From the NCBI GenBank assembly GCA_965649825.1, contig OZ287706.1, forward strand, positions 620,001 to 684,000: DNA of 64,000 bases, written 5' to 3'. Numbering within the stretch: position 1 is the first letter of the stretch; each line of letters opens with the position of its first letter. A program made the position numbers and the translations under genes. Source of the DNA: Penicillus capitatus (taxonomy: Eukaryota > Plantae > Chlorophyta). The notes under the pieces are model-generated. The model worked only from the letters and a program-made list of their open reading frames with translations, did not search any database and was not told the origin of the DNA. Shown in pieces: positions 35,416 to 48,589 of this stretch.

Positions 35416-37012
35416 ATGAGCGCAGAGGAGAAGAAATCTTCGGAATTCGTCATCCAACCGACGAAGACCGTCCCGAAACTGGACACGTCCAAGTGGCCAT
35501 TGCTGCTCAAGAACTACGATCAGCTTCTCGTGCGAACGGGACACTACACACCGATTCCCTGCGGCCGAACGCCGTTGCGAAGATCGCTACCGGACTATAT
35601 CAAATACGGCTGCCTTAATCTCGACAAGCCTTCCAATCCGTCATCCCACGAGATCGTGGCGTGGACGAAACGCATTCTTCGTGTGGAGAAGACGGGACAC
35701 AGTGGGACACTGGATCCCAAAGTGACGGGCTCGCTGGTGATCTGCATCGAGAGAGCGACACGACTGGTGAAGGCGCAACAGGGAGCAGGCAAAGAATACG
35801 TATGCCTGGCGCGTTTTCATGCCAAAGTCCCCGGCGGCGCCGCCGAAGTCACACGTGCTCTGGAGAAACTCACGGGTAAAGTGGGTCTGAACCATGGGTC
35901 AGATATGGACATCGGCCGTGTCTGCTGCATAGGTGCCGTTTTTCAGCGACCGCCTTTGATCTCCGCCGTCAAACGACAGTTGCGTGTGCGGACGATTTAC
36001 AAGATGACGCTGTGGGAGTACGATGAAGACAAGAATTTGGCACTCTTTTGGGTTTCGTGCGAAGCCGGCACGTATATCCGGACGCTCTGTGTACATCTGG
36101 GTCTGATCCTTGGCGTCGGCGGCCATATGGAAGAACTCCGTCGCGTCCGCAGCGGCATTTTGGGTCGATCTGATCATCCAGGCAAAGATCTCGATCGCCA
36201 AGGCGTGTGCATTTCTAGGCGAGCGAGACAATATGGTGACCATGCACGATGTGCTGGATGCTCAGTGGCTGTACGATAATTTCAAAGACGATAGCTATCT
36301 GCGACGCGTCGTCATGCCACTCGAGGTGCTGTTGACGAATTACAAACGTATCGTTGTGAAAGACAGCGCCATTAATGCCTTGTGCTACGGCGCCAAGTTG
36401 ATGGTCGTGGGCGTCCTGCGCTATTCGGCGGACATCGAAGTGGATGACGAACTCGTGCTGATGACGACCAAAGTTCAATGCGCTGTCCGTCTCCCGAGGC
36501 GATCGGCGAATTCCGTGTAGGGCGAGGCGATCGCATTGGGCATTGCCCAGATGAATAGTGCTGTTATCGCGACGGTCGATCATGGCTGTGCAGCGAAGCT
36601 CAAGAGGGTGATCATGGATCGCGATACCTATCCTCGCAAGTGGGGATTGGGCGTCTACGCTCAGCGCAAGAAGCAGATGATTGCAGAAGGCCTGTTGGAT
36701 AAACACGGCCGTCCGAATGACAAGACGCCGCCGGAATACCTGCGCGCGATCGTTCCGGAGAACGTCCCTGTCAAACAGGAACAGATGGACGTCGTTCAGG
36801 AGGAGGAGAAAACAGAGAAGAAGCCAAAGAAGCGCAAGAACGAAGAGACAGAGCCATCGCCGAAGAAACCCAAAAAGAAAAAAGAAAAGAAATCGGCGGA
36901 GCCAGATGGCGGCGGCGAGATCGAAAGCAAACGGAAGAAACAAAAGAAAGAAAGCAAGCAGAAGAAAGAAAAGAGCGAAGGGGCCGCGACAGGAACAGAC
37001 GTCGGTGTTTGA
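35416..37012 (+). CDS. CBF5: H/ACA RNP pseudouridine synthase dyskerin
   Basis: [34 protein letters not shown] domain, Lys-rich tail. Confidence 0.95.
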
Positions 37013-37034
37013 TAAACGGCGGAGACATGTTGAT

Positions 37035-37668
37035 CTAACGAGCGTTTCGCAGCGATTGTTGGACATCGCGGTAGTGCACGCGACAGGATCCATTGGGTCC
37101 ACAATCGACGGCACCCCAACGCGCCTGTAGGAAACTGCAGTTGAATGTTGGCTTCTTCAACGAACGGTTGACGATGTTGTGCACGTCGCATGTCCATTCC
37201 TGCAATGCCTGGCTCGAATGACAGCGCACAGGATTCTCCCTGACAGCCAAGCACACCACGGGTGCAGATGAGACAGACAGCAAAGGAGGCGCAACTTGAC
37301 GATCTCTTGAAAGTGATGGGCACAGATATCGCAGGGATAGATCCGCGTGAGGCAGTCGACCTAGAGAGGGATCGATCGAGATGCCGGGAGACGAACGGAA
37401 GTGGCCGGACGAAGTTTTTGACGTCCTTTTGCTGCTGTCGTGTCGGCGTGTCAGGGTAGTAAGATGCAATGGAATGCAGGAGTGTCCACGTGGCGCGTCC
37501 CACTTCATCGCGGCTGACGGTATAGGTCGAATCCACGGCGTCCTTTGCTGGATTCGACGCCTTGGGTTCTTCCTTTGGCAGAGAGCCCTTTGAATCGACG
37601 AGGTCGCTCGGCGCCGCGGCCGATGCCGAACGGGCTTCGCTCCAAAAAGGTAGCAACATCCGAAGCAT
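37035..37668 (-). CDS. ERV1: FAD-linked sulfhydryl oxidase ERV1/ALR
   Basis: EVGRATWTLLHSIASYYP, YPCDICAHHF-type CxxC exon, WTCDVHNIVNRSLKKP. Confidence 0.85.
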
Positions 37669-37813
37669 GGAAAAATCTGAAGACAAGGGTTCGCTGTTAA
37701 GCTACTGATCGTATAGGACCGTATACAACCGTAGCTTACACCTCCTGTGTGTGGGTAGATCCCGACGTATACGATTTCGTATCTCTGTTTTGCAAAAGGC
37801 GACTGCGACGAAG

Positions 37814-40187
37814 ATGGCAGCAGCCCGTACCATGCGAGATATCTCGGTGCAAGGTCCGTCGTTCGTTTCTTGCGCTCTGAACGACGATGCCGTGTTTCTA
37901 GGGTTCGATCCCCAACGTGGCTTCGCGCTACTGCGCCACGCTATCGACAAGCAAAAACGCGGTCGTGTGGTGCCCGACTTATGGGCTGAGCTGTTTTCCG
38001 AGTGCGGCGCCGACAATGCCGTCATCAATCGTCTCGTGCGCGACTACAGCGATGCTGTGGCGCAAGGATACCCGAAATTGGACGTCTACACATACCGAGC
38101 GTGCGTTCGTGCAAAAGTGAAAGAACACGAGTACTTGCTCCACGCTCTCTACGACGGTCACTGTTTCACCAATCGAAAAATCACGCCAGAAACTTACATG
38201 TCGAGACAGACACCATCTCTCGGCAGCTTCGATGACGTGACGGCGATGTAGGGCGCTGTTTGAGAATGCAGAGAGACTGGCGGCGATTCAGGCAGTATCG
38301 ACCTTTCTGGGCAACAAATTCATCGACGATGTCATGATCCAAGCAGGAGAGCTGATTCACACAGAATGGGAAGAAGAGATGAGTGTGGAAGAGACGTCGA
38401 GCCTCGACCGTTTCTTCGCATCTGTCCACGAGTCGCCACAGAAACTGGCACAGGTGCGGTCTCCTGTTGGCGAGGGGTTGCCAATATGTGGCGTGGCAGT
38501 CCATTGCTCGGCGATGTCACGATGTGGGCCGATCTCAAGGATCAAGTTCCATTCAGCAACAGTTCGACTGGATGCAGAGTTTGGCAGAATTGTCCTGCGA
38601 GATGTTCGCAGCGGTGCGTGCCAAGCGACATGACTTGGAGATTCGGTATCATCGGGAACGGGTCTTGGCAGAGACATCCATAGCAAACTGGCTGGCCTGT
38701 GTGCCCTTCCACGAAATGTGGGACAGTCTTCTTTACGTACACCATATGTGCGCCGCATCCAGCATTGCGTGTGATCTGTGCGACAGGGAAGCACACAGTT
38801 GTTGGTCCATGCAACGGAGAAAGATTTCGAAGATCCGTTGGCCAAGCCACTGACCATGCACTGTATCCGAATCGCTCAACAGCTCAGCGATTCCTTGGCA
38901 TCGATGCTCCTTGACAATACGGTCCACCTCCACCGTTCGTTTGCTCCCCTCTGCTGACTTGTTTTCCCTTAGCTGGACGGTTATATGTCGACGGCCGAGA
39001 TGGATCAAGAAGATCTGTTAGAATTGCCCGATCGGTATGCGACCATGATAGTGAACGCCTGCTTCGGTCGGCACAAGACCTCCAAGGCAGACATGGATGT
39101 ATACAGGCAAGTTTCTTCACTTTGTGGAAGATCTGCTTAGGCAGGTGGTGCAGGCAGCTGATGATTCTGTGCAAGTCTGGCAAATGTTTCAATGCCCTGT
39201 TCATGCTGCTCTACGTATGCTTGGAAGACAGTCGGCAGCTATATGACATCATGAGGGAATGGAATCCCACCAGTGGAGCCGTTAATGGGACCTTTGCGCA
39301 TTTTGTGTTCGAGAAGTGGATGCGAGGTGGAACGACAAGAGACATGCAGCATCTCCTCAAGGGACCGGCAGAACTCGATGCACGCCTCGTGCAGTATCTC
39401 GTTTTTGAAGAGCGATACGATCTGGCGGCTGCCGTTCAGGTAAAAACGCTGCCGAGAGAACTGCCCTCTATGCTCTCTTTGGCAGATACGAATGGGCAAC
39501 TTGCGTGGTGCCAGGCAGACGATCTACAGAAAGCAGCAGTTTCTGGACCACAAAAGAGATGTGTCAAATCTCTATCTGCTGTCCTGTTGCGTGGAAGACA
39601 CGTCTGTCTCTGCACTTCTGCTCTGCGCATGTCTTTGCTGAATGGATGTTCTCTAGGCAAGAAGCATCGAGGGGGTATCTTCAGTTGAAGCTCAACTGTA
39701 TCTGCCATCGCTTTAATTTCATCGCCATTCCTGCAGAGACGATGGTCGTGCTGCAAGAACTGATCTACCTCATGCATCGTTCGACTAACTACGACATGCT
39801 GAACGCTGCCCTGGACATCTTCGTTTTCGAACAGAGTGGTTTTTACAGAAGCAGAAGGTCAGCTGCTGTCACATCACTCTTCCGCTGCCAAACAATCTCC
39901 GTTTGTGTTTCAGCTCTGAATGGATGGAGCTATGGAGGATCTTGGCTGGTTTCATGGAGCTGGATGAGATGCGTTATGGAGAGGAAAACCCGCTGTGTTA
40001 CAACAGCGAAGACTTCTATCTCCTACAGCGGGCATGCGACATGCTCAGTCTCTCCTGGCACGACAGAGAAGAGATCCACGAAACAATGACCAGCGTCCTG
40101 AGCGAGAGAAGTGCTCGACAAGGAGGACCAGGACAGGTGCCGGAACACGTGAATCGAAAGCTGCTCACGGCACTGAGTCTGGGATAG
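37814..40187 (+). CDS. Large helical protein, possibly Nup133-like (multi-exon)
   Basis: Chain of exons with GT-AG introns; FAHFVFEKWMRGG resembles the Nup133 C-terminal region (weak, from memory). Confidence 0.45.
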
Positions 40188-40300
40188 AAATGGGGGTAGC
40201 CGGCGACGAGCGTTTGCTTTCCGATGCATCATACAGACGAACGTGGGAACATAGGAGACAGACAGATGGCACGTGTAAGCTACAGTGACGACCGTTCTAT

Positions 40301-41083
40301 CTACTGTGTCTGTGGCCGAGAAGACAGATGCGCAACGATGTCGACCCAATTCCATCCACGCGGCTTCTCGTCCACTGCTCCAAACCTAGAGCATCCAGAA
40401 CGAGCCGGCAGTCGGAACGGCGTCATTGCTGCGCTGGTCACCTCGAATAGAACCTCCGTTTCTGCGCCTTGGTCATCTTCTCCTTCTTCGGTTCGGATCT
40501 GGAGGAGGACTCCCGCGGAGGCGCTTTCCCACGCGGACTCGGATCCTCCTACGCACGGTGCATGCGCGATTGGATCGTTCGTCGCGGGATGGGTGCTTGC
40601 ATGATCGCCGGTCTTCTGTTTGGAGAGCTCGACGTAGTGCATGAGGTGTTCTTTCAGCCACTCGACCAGATTGTACACCATCTGCTCTCCCTGCATCGCC
40701 GCCGCCTCCTGTTCCAAGCACTTCTCCAGTTCTCTCTTCGCCTGGGCGCTGTACACGATATTCTCCAGGGCAGAAACGGAGAAGACGGGCAGTTCCTCGG
40801 GATAACTACACACCCAGGCACCGCCCACGGCTGCATCGTGCAGAGGGTCGTGCTGTCGCACTTCTGGGGAGCGTCAAGTATGAGCGAGAAGATCCACTCT
40901 GGACAGGATAGGGTTGGACGAGAAGGAGCCGAGGTGGGCGGACGTGCCGTGCAGTGTCTCGCCTTCGGGCGTCGTCGGTTCGACAGTGACGCAGATTCTC
41001 CTGCCGTCTTCTCGACGAAAGCTGTCGCAGAAGATCGCCTCGAGGGCCATGCACTCGGTCTCGAATTCGTCGTCCTCTTCCAT
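40301..41083 (-). CDS. RWD domain-containing protein
   Basis: EFETECMALEAIF, SYPEELP, GEQMVYNLVEWLKE, C-terminal GWNWVDIVAHL. Confidence 0.8.
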
Positions 41084-41174
41084 CACGTCTCCCGGGCAAC
41101 TTCCGAGGGCGTCGCGGTGGCGAATCTACGGCAACGGAGTCGACAGCGACGGTGACCGCGGCTCCGGTTCGGTG

Positions 41175-41721
41175 ATGTTACTTCTGGTAAATTCCGGCGA
41201 CACGTTCGTTGCGTTTCAGAGATGCGTGTTGCGATAAAGGAGGCAGACTCCCCTGCTCCACTCGGCGCCTATTCCCGTGCCGTCGTGGCAAACGGGTTCG
41301 TGTTCGTGTCGGGTCAGCTAGGACTGCTTCCTAACGTACGCCGCCTCCCTTTCCGCTGCGACGGCGGTTGAACGTCTGTCTGTCTGTGCTCGGCAGCAAC
41401 CCCAGCCGAAGTTCGTGTCGGAGACCAGCGCGGTCGAGCAGACGAGACAGGCGCTGACGAATATGCAGCAAGTCCTCAAGGCTGCGGGGGCGACGATGTC
41501 CAATGTGGTCAAGACGACCGTCATGATGGCCAACATCGATGATTTCTCGGCCATCGACGGCGCCTACCGTGCGTCCCGCTTCTCGCAGACAGCGGAGGTT
41601 GACGGTGTGCCTCTCAGGAGACTTCTTCCCCGAAGATGCTCCGGCTCGCGGTGCCTTTGCGGCAGGGGCGCTGCCCATCGGCGCCCTGGTCGAGATCGAT
41701 GCCATTGCCGTTTTGGAATGA
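41175..41721 (+). CDS. ridA: RidA/YjgF imine deaminase, paralog 1
   Basis: [35 protein letters not shown]...LVEIDAIA. Confidence 0.9.
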
Positions 41722-43309
41722 AATGCGACGCGTCGACGCAGACGAAGGACGCCACATCGGATTGCATTCTTTTCACTTCTTGCGTTCACCGAGAAGGGAA
41801 CGTTTTTGCTGGGGTGTGTATTCTCGTGGACCATGAGGCCGTGAGGTCCTTTACGTTCTGTTAGGTTTCCATTCGCTCAAATAAAGACACCCATCCCATT
41901 CCCACCATCAACCATTCAACGACATCCTTGTGCTTCAAACGTTTAAAGAAACAAATTATTGTCGATCGAAGCTCTCTGCGCGAAGAGATCCTCTTCGGCG
42001 TTTCTTCGCAAGCCATACTCGTTTTTGACAAAGTTTCGAGAGACGACTCGTCACGGATCGGCCACAGCTGCCGGTGGATGTCATCGACTCGCGGCTCTGG
42101 AACTGCCGAAGAACAACCGATCGTCCATGATCCAATGACGAAAGACGTCATCGATCGTGTCGCCGATACTATCACAAAGATGGCTGTGTATCGATCAATC
42201 GAGCACCGAATGATCAGGATCGGCACACACGTGCAAGAAGAAACTAGCTGGGACGCCTTGACGATCCGCAGTCCTATTGCTTCTTCGCTTGCATCCTCTA
42301 CACAACACAAAGATGCCTCAACTGCACGATCTCCTGACTCGAACAACGCCTCCTTTTGAACGAAGGAAGCCGAATATTAAAGATTACCGAAGACGTTCGA
42401 TTGACAAAGCGATCTTTGTTGAGGTCCCGAGAAATGGAATGACTTTGTGACAATACAAGGTTACAAGCATCCGTTCTTCTTCTCAAGGAGAAGCATCAAA
42501 GTGGATCCTCATCAACGAGGATTCTGTTTCGCATCAAATTCAACCACCTTCCTGACGAAAAAAGAATTGGAGCCAGACTGTATCACAGTCGTGGTCTGCC
42601 CTAATCATGGTACGACCATACCGCAGTTTTTCTGTGTCCGCATACGTCTACCGAAACAGTGCTATGTTATTTGGAACATTAGAAACATTGCTATTATTAA
42701 GAACTTTGCAGTGCTAAGTCTGATTTTATCTATACAGCGCCACGGACACACAATATTACAGTTATCATAAATCGTTGTTCCCTACTCTCTCGTTCTAGAT
42801 GCCCGGGATCGTTTCATCTCGTCGATCTGTTCTAGTTGCCTGACGACTGATGTATTTTTTTTCTGGAAATCGTTCCTCGCCCCATCAACGCGTCGAATTC
42901 TCTCTGAAACACAGCCAAGGCATTTACTCAAAGACCTCCGCTGCCATTAGACAATGGCCAATCAAGAAGGAGAAATTCGAGTCTGTTAACGAAGACCTCC
43001 CCCGCAATGTGAGAGTCGACCTAACGGCCGAGTCCGGACCGGATGGCGAACCGCGCAGGGAAACTCCGTCCGCAATGTATAATTACATAGTTAGACGGAT
43101 AGAGCAGAACAGTTCCCGTCTAAATACTCAGAATGACGTCAGTCCTCTTCTCATGCTATCGTCATGCATGACGAGCCTCTCGTGCACTAAACGTCACACG
43201 CAAGACGTCCCTTCACGTCAGGAGGGCGAACCCTAGTGGAGAAGCCCTCTGAGGAACCACTGGAACAGCAATGATTGCACCAAACACCCACGGAGTGTCT
43301 GCAAAATCA

Positions 43310-43850
43310 CATCGCGATGATGCAAAAAGAACTGGCCTCCCGACTAAGGAGAGCCATCTTCACAGAAACGTTAGAAGATAGGGCAGCATTCGACAAGAAC
43401 GTGCAATTGGATATGGAGGCACTGGTGCCTTCCGAGAGGTAGAGGGCATCACCTCTCTTAGCTACGTTTCTTTTAAAAGAAGACGCAGTGATGTTCATTA
43501 TGGATCACAAGGAGAAGAGAACGGCTCCATCTTCTCCTTTGCTGTTTCGAAACGTGCAGTTTTCTATTCTGGCGACAGAATTTTTGAAATGAACGCCGGC
43601 CCGTCGTGAATGTTCGTTGCCGTTGAGGCCGAGACGCGACATTTCAAATTCTATCAGCATCAGGGCGCTTCCTTCCACGCGAAAGATCTCCACAAGGACA
43701 TCGCCAGGTCAAGTGCAGTTGACAAGATTTGGACGCCGTCTTCTGTGCCATTAAAGACGGTCTGGTCAAGGAGCCACACTCAGATCGTTTCGTTTGAGTA
43801 CGTGTCGACGCTGCGTCTTGATAGCGAACACCGAGGCGAATTGTACGACA
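43310..43850 (-). pseudogene. Internally deleted, decayed fragment of the PMP-like surface-protein family
   Basis: Reverse complement aligns to 6470-6607 and then jumps to about 7230-7545; contains an in-frame TGA. Confidence 0.8.
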
Positions 43851-43905
43851 GCGACGTGAACATCCATCACCGGCCTCAGACTGACAAGACAAGAGAACAG
43901 GATCC

Positions 43906-44625
43906 ATGACGCATGCGTTGGCGGCGTCGGATTTCGAAGAGACGGACGTGGACGCCCTTGTCGCGGCGAAGACGCCAGACGAGGAAAGAGAAGCGTTGGC
44001 TCACTTGCTGAATCTCGATGCCGATGCCCCGGCGGATCTGTGCTGCTGTCTGCTCATGCACCGAGTCTACCGTTTTGCTGCGGAGGCCGGATTCACTGCG
44101 AAGCAAATCTCGACGCTGATCTCCGTTGTCAAATGCGTCCACGAAAGAGGGATCTCCGACAACGCCACCGCTGCGTCAAACTTCGCTGTCTTCGCAGAGA
44201 TCCTCTGCTCGTACAGCGTCCATCGACCGCCCTACAGCACGGGTCTCTGGTCGGCTCGGCAGCTTGAGCTGATAGCGGACTGGATGTTGGCGGAGTACTT
44301 TGCGCAGTACCGACTCTTTAACGCCATCTGTCGGCCACGCGTCGTTCTTAACGTGTCGACCCGAGAGAGCGACCTGACGGAGACGCCTCCACCGTTGCCA
44401 CCGCTCTCCTCCGCGATCACCGAAGAGATGCACCTGCAGCGCCAGGAGGCAGAGCTTGCAGCAGAGAGACAGCGCGACGCGGAAGAGAAGCTCCGCGTGA
44501 CGATCTCGTCCTTGCCCAACGCGACGCAGCAGACGATTCACTCCTACATCGACCAGCGCATCCAGGAGAAGCTTGCGGCGGCGCCTCGAACGACCCAAGA
44601 TCTATCAAATCGTAACTCTGACTGA
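43906..44625 (+). CDS. Flagellar central-pair C1a-32/CLAMP family (CFAP119-like) protein, intronless
   Basis: YRFAAEAGFTAKQIS..., SVHRPPYSTGLWS, YFAQYRLF. Confidence 0.75.
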   Translation: MTHALAASDFEETDVDALVAAKTPDEEREALAHLLNLDADAPADLCCCLLMHRVYRFAAEAGFTAKQISTLISVVKCVHERGISDNATAASNFAVFAEILCSYSVHRPPYSTGLWSARQLELIADWMLAEYFAQYRLFNAICRPRVVLNVSTRESDLTETPPPLPPLSSAITEEMHLQRQEAELAAERQRDAEEKLRVTISSLPNATQQTIHSYIDQRIQEKLAAAPRTTQDLSNRNSD

Positions 44626-44861
44626 CCTCGTCGCCTCTCTTTAACTTGCACCTTTACCACGCGTGCATCGCGGAACGGTTGCACTCACTGCCCATGCGAA
44701 TGAAATGCGATGTCAGTTCTTAGAGAGTAACAGAGTGGTTGGTTGGTTACACGCGCAATCGTCTGACACTCCCTCCCTCTTTTTCAATAACCCATAAGCA
44801 TCTTCAGTAGCTACACACACGTCATCCATATCACCTCCACCTGATTCGATGGTGCATTCGA

Positions 44862-45459
44862 CTAGACCTTGGTGACGGGGACGCCGTCGTCAGATATCAG
44901 AGTGGCGACAATGGTCGAGACCAATCTGCCGGAAAGCATTGCTGAAGGGACATCCGCATGGGTCGCTCACTTGAAGATGCTGAAAACGAAGAGGACCATA
45001 TGGGCAACAAGTTTGATCACTCTTCTTTTCTTTTCTCGACTGCAGCTTCTGAAGATCTCCGTCACGTCGACAAAAGCACATCCCCTTGAGTAATCACGCA
45101 TCGTCCATGCACACATGACAGACGCCAGTCCAATAAGCACGAAGTGCAAGCTTCCAGTGCATAGAACAGTGAGGGCCACACTTAAACACAGCTCCGGAAT
45201 CTGTGTGGCACCCAAGCAGCGAAAGTGTGAGGGTGTTTCTCACACATGGCGGCATACCACACATCTATTAATCCGTTCGGATGCGTCGTGTGGATTGATA
45301 AAATCGTTCTCCAGATCCGAAAGACAAATCAACTACGGCAGAACACGCGCGTGCGTTGCGCCAAAGGTGATTGGGAGAGATTACGGTGTACATCGTGATT
45401 CCCAGCAGGGCCGTCTGGACAAAAATGACGAGCAGCCATAGAAACAGCTCTATCGTCAT
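44862..45459 (-). CDS. Cornichon family ER cargo receptor
   Basis: LICLSDLENDFINPHD; VDVTEIFRSCSREKKRRVIKL. Confidence 0.85.
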
Positions 45460-45512
45460 TGTCGTCAAGGTTGGCGTCAATGGTCGACATCGCGTTCATT
45501 CGTTCCATCTCG

Positions 45513-46307
45513 ATGCCGTCTCTGTGGTGGCTCTGCCCCGACTTCGTGTGGGAAAGTGTCCTGTCCGCCTGGCAGGAGAAGGTCACGAGAGCCAGTCACA
45601 GAATAAAATGACGTGAACCTGTCTCGGTGCAGCTCAAGGACAACGGTCCAATGGTCTCTGGTTTCCTCTTTGGTATGGGATGGTGGATATGGGTCGACGC
45701 TGTGGTGAAAGACGACGTCCATGCGGCAGCTCAGGTAACGCCAAAGCGCTCGCTGTCACACCATCCGAGCGCTTTTAGTTCATCCCTGGATTCCTGGCCA
45801 CATTTGCCACCATCATCATGAACCTAGTGAACAGGTAGGTGCATACCATTGGAGCCTTATGCCGATTTCGACATACCGAATCCGTCTGCAGAGAATCGAT
45901 CTCGGATTACGATCCCTTCGACGACAACGACTCCAGAAGGTCATGGCGACTCCGTCATGTCTCGTCAAGTATCTGTCTGCATGAAGGGCGCGGTTCTGGC
46001 TGTTGATCTCCTACCTCTTCTCCTTCGGTTCTTTCCTCGGATCCATTGTCATCCTCATCTCAGAATACGGTACGGCACAGTCAGGCACTGCCCCTCATTG
46101 CCGACCCTTTCCCGCAGCGCTCAAGGAGGTTGGCATCTGGCCGGGCGTGGTGAGATGACGTCTCCTTGCATGACGACTCTCGCTCTCTCTTTGCCAATGT
46201 GTGATCTATAGGCGTGTGTCCTGCAAGTGTGGTTGGTTCTGAGCAGCGGTCTCGTCTTCTTCCTCTCCAAGAATGCATCGTCGGATTCCTATCTGCAACG
46301 CATCTAA
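45513..46307 (+). CDS. TMEM50/UPF0220 membrane protein
   Basis: SGFLFGMGWWIWVDAVV; IPGFLATFATIIMNLV; DYDPFD. Confidence 0.8.
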
Positions 46308-47459
46308 CATCAACGCGGCGCCATTTAAGTCCGCGTCTGTCGCCAATCACATATTCGTCGTCGCTCGCAACCATCTCGAATGCCCCTCGCTCACTGCGTC
46401 TCGACGGCTATCGTTTTCTGCGTTTGACATATCTATCTATCTATCGTCAAGTTTCGACCAACCATGAAGACCGTCCTGAAAATCTCATTCAAGGTCAGCC
46501 ATACCTGCTTGCGTCTTCCGATGGGTCTGACTCTTTGGCTTGGCAGAACAAGACCGACAAACGTGCCGGCGAGAAAGACGAAGAGTTCATAGCAAAGCAC
46601 GGAGACTTACGGCCGACCTTGGCCGGACATGAACATCACGTGTTCCAATCCTTCAAAGCCGACGGCGCCCTCCATTGCTTCTTTGCCTGTAGGGCCAGCA
46701 GTACTTTGACTCGGCAGACTGGTCCATGTATAAGGACGACGCCGAGAAGGGACGACAGTTAAGGCAGCTGCCACGTGTGAACACCGAGAAGCGCATGAAA
46801 CCTAGAATCATCCGGAAGTCCACGTTCTCGCGCGACTCGGCCCGATCTCTTACAAACTCACCGCTGAGTACACATGCTTCGACGGAACTGCAGCCCCAGT
46901 GAAGAGAGTGGGAAGGGACACTTGTTGACAGCGGAGTTTTCCGGTTCAGTATCTCCGTCATGAGTGAGCGGTTATTGACCTTCTTTTCGATTCTTACGGA
47001 AGCCTCGGTGCAAGGATGGTGTCATCCTTCGCACAATCTTGTGATCTGTGGAGCATTTGTCAATGGCCTTTGTGTGTTTGAGATCGTCGGAACACACGGG
47101 TGCACGTTTCGCATCCAATAGATCGTGTCTGCCTTGTAGCGGTTTTTAAGCAATAGGATCTCAAGTGGAACAACGGTGTCAAGTGCAAAGTTCCCCGTTC
47201 TTCCCGAATACACTTTCGCGATTTCACTGTTTGCTGAAATGATCATGCTGTTTGTCATGCAAGGGGTGTGTGACGGAGACCATATGCTCCGGCACGAACG
47301 GGTTGGCGCTCGCGGTGGTCTGTGACTTAAGACTCGTTGTCGTCCGTTTGACTATTACGCAGCAAACAGTATTTGTAAGAGTAAGAAGACGGCTCTTTAC
47401 AGATGTCATAGAAACTGTTTTGTGGGATGTATACGTTTGTTGTCCATGACTTCGCCTCT

Positions 47460-48496
47460 TCACTTTGGCTTGGCCATACCGAACAGGGCTTCCCACAGAG
47501 TACGATCTCTCAACTTGATCAGGAGCCAGAGACAGATCATGGAGCCGATGGTGTGCGAGAGGATGGTGTTAGTCGAAGACTGCAGCAGGAAGACGTCGAT
47601 GGCGAGAACTGGATTCCACGCGGCCGGATTGCTGGTCGCCACGAACGGATTGGCCGTCGAGTTCGTCAGCGTCTTCGCCAAGAGCAGTCCTACGAGGGAC
47701 TGCATAGCCACGATCGTGCAACTGAGACCCGCGATCGACGTGGCCAGGCATTGCGAGACGGAATTGAGAACCTAAACACGTCAGGACGCCGATCAACGAC
47801 GAAGGATCGCAGTCACGCACGCCCACCATCTCTTTGGAGATCTTCCGGACGGTGGCGCCAGGCGGTGCTTCCAGGTAGTTGCGCATGCGACGCGATGTAC
47901 GCACCATTGCAAAGAACTGGAAGCACGAGATAAACGTCGCAGCGACGCCCACTGCCGTCAAGTAAAGGGAGAGACTCGGTCCCACCTGAGCAGACACAAC
48001 GAATTCTCTTCCATCTCATGTTGTAGAAAGAGTGACCTGTGCTGTGAAAGCGATGGAGAACAGCAGGACGAAGCCGGATGTGACACCCAGTGCCAACTGG
48101 CACCAGAACCCGAACCACCCGTAGGATCGCAGGGCACGTGTCGCTTTTGTCAATTGCTTCGTCGCCGCGACGGAGAAGCGTGGGACTGGCGAGTCCTCAA
48201 CGGGTTTTTCTTCTGATGATGTCGTCGACACCGCTCCAGCAGAAGCCTCGCAGCGCAAAGTCTGCATGTATCACACCACGGCGAGTCGGCGTCGGGACTG
48301 GATGCACCTCGCTCGGCCTTACTTCCGAGAATCTACTTCTCGGCCTTCTGGCGAAGCTGGTTGCACGGAAGTGAAGGCGCAGGGATCTTGGCCGGGAAAG
48401 ACGCGAAAGGGACGCGGCATGCGGCGTCCACTGGCGTCCGTTTCTCTTAACGTCGGGTCGCTTGACCGTCGCTTTTCCGACGATGCGTGTCGCCAT
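47460..48496 (-). CDS. DUF3611 family plastid membrane protein
   Basis: LRSYGWFGFWCQLALGVTSGFVLLF; MQSLVGLLLAK; LAIDVFLLQSSTNTILSH. Confidence 0.8.
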
Positions 48497-48589
48497 CGTG
48501 CTTCGAATCGTGATCTCGACCGGAGCTTGAAAAGGACGGACGTCTGTGATTGCGTTTATCGCTGTCGACGTACGACAAGGGCGTAAGAC

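Noticed and set aside
41723-42359. Possible gene starting immediately after the RidA-1 stop
   Set aside because: Needs an implausibly short intron and has no recognisable motifs.
46370-47430. Possible minus-strand gene between TMEM50 and DUF3611
   Set aside because: Could not build a consistent exon chain or recognise a domain.
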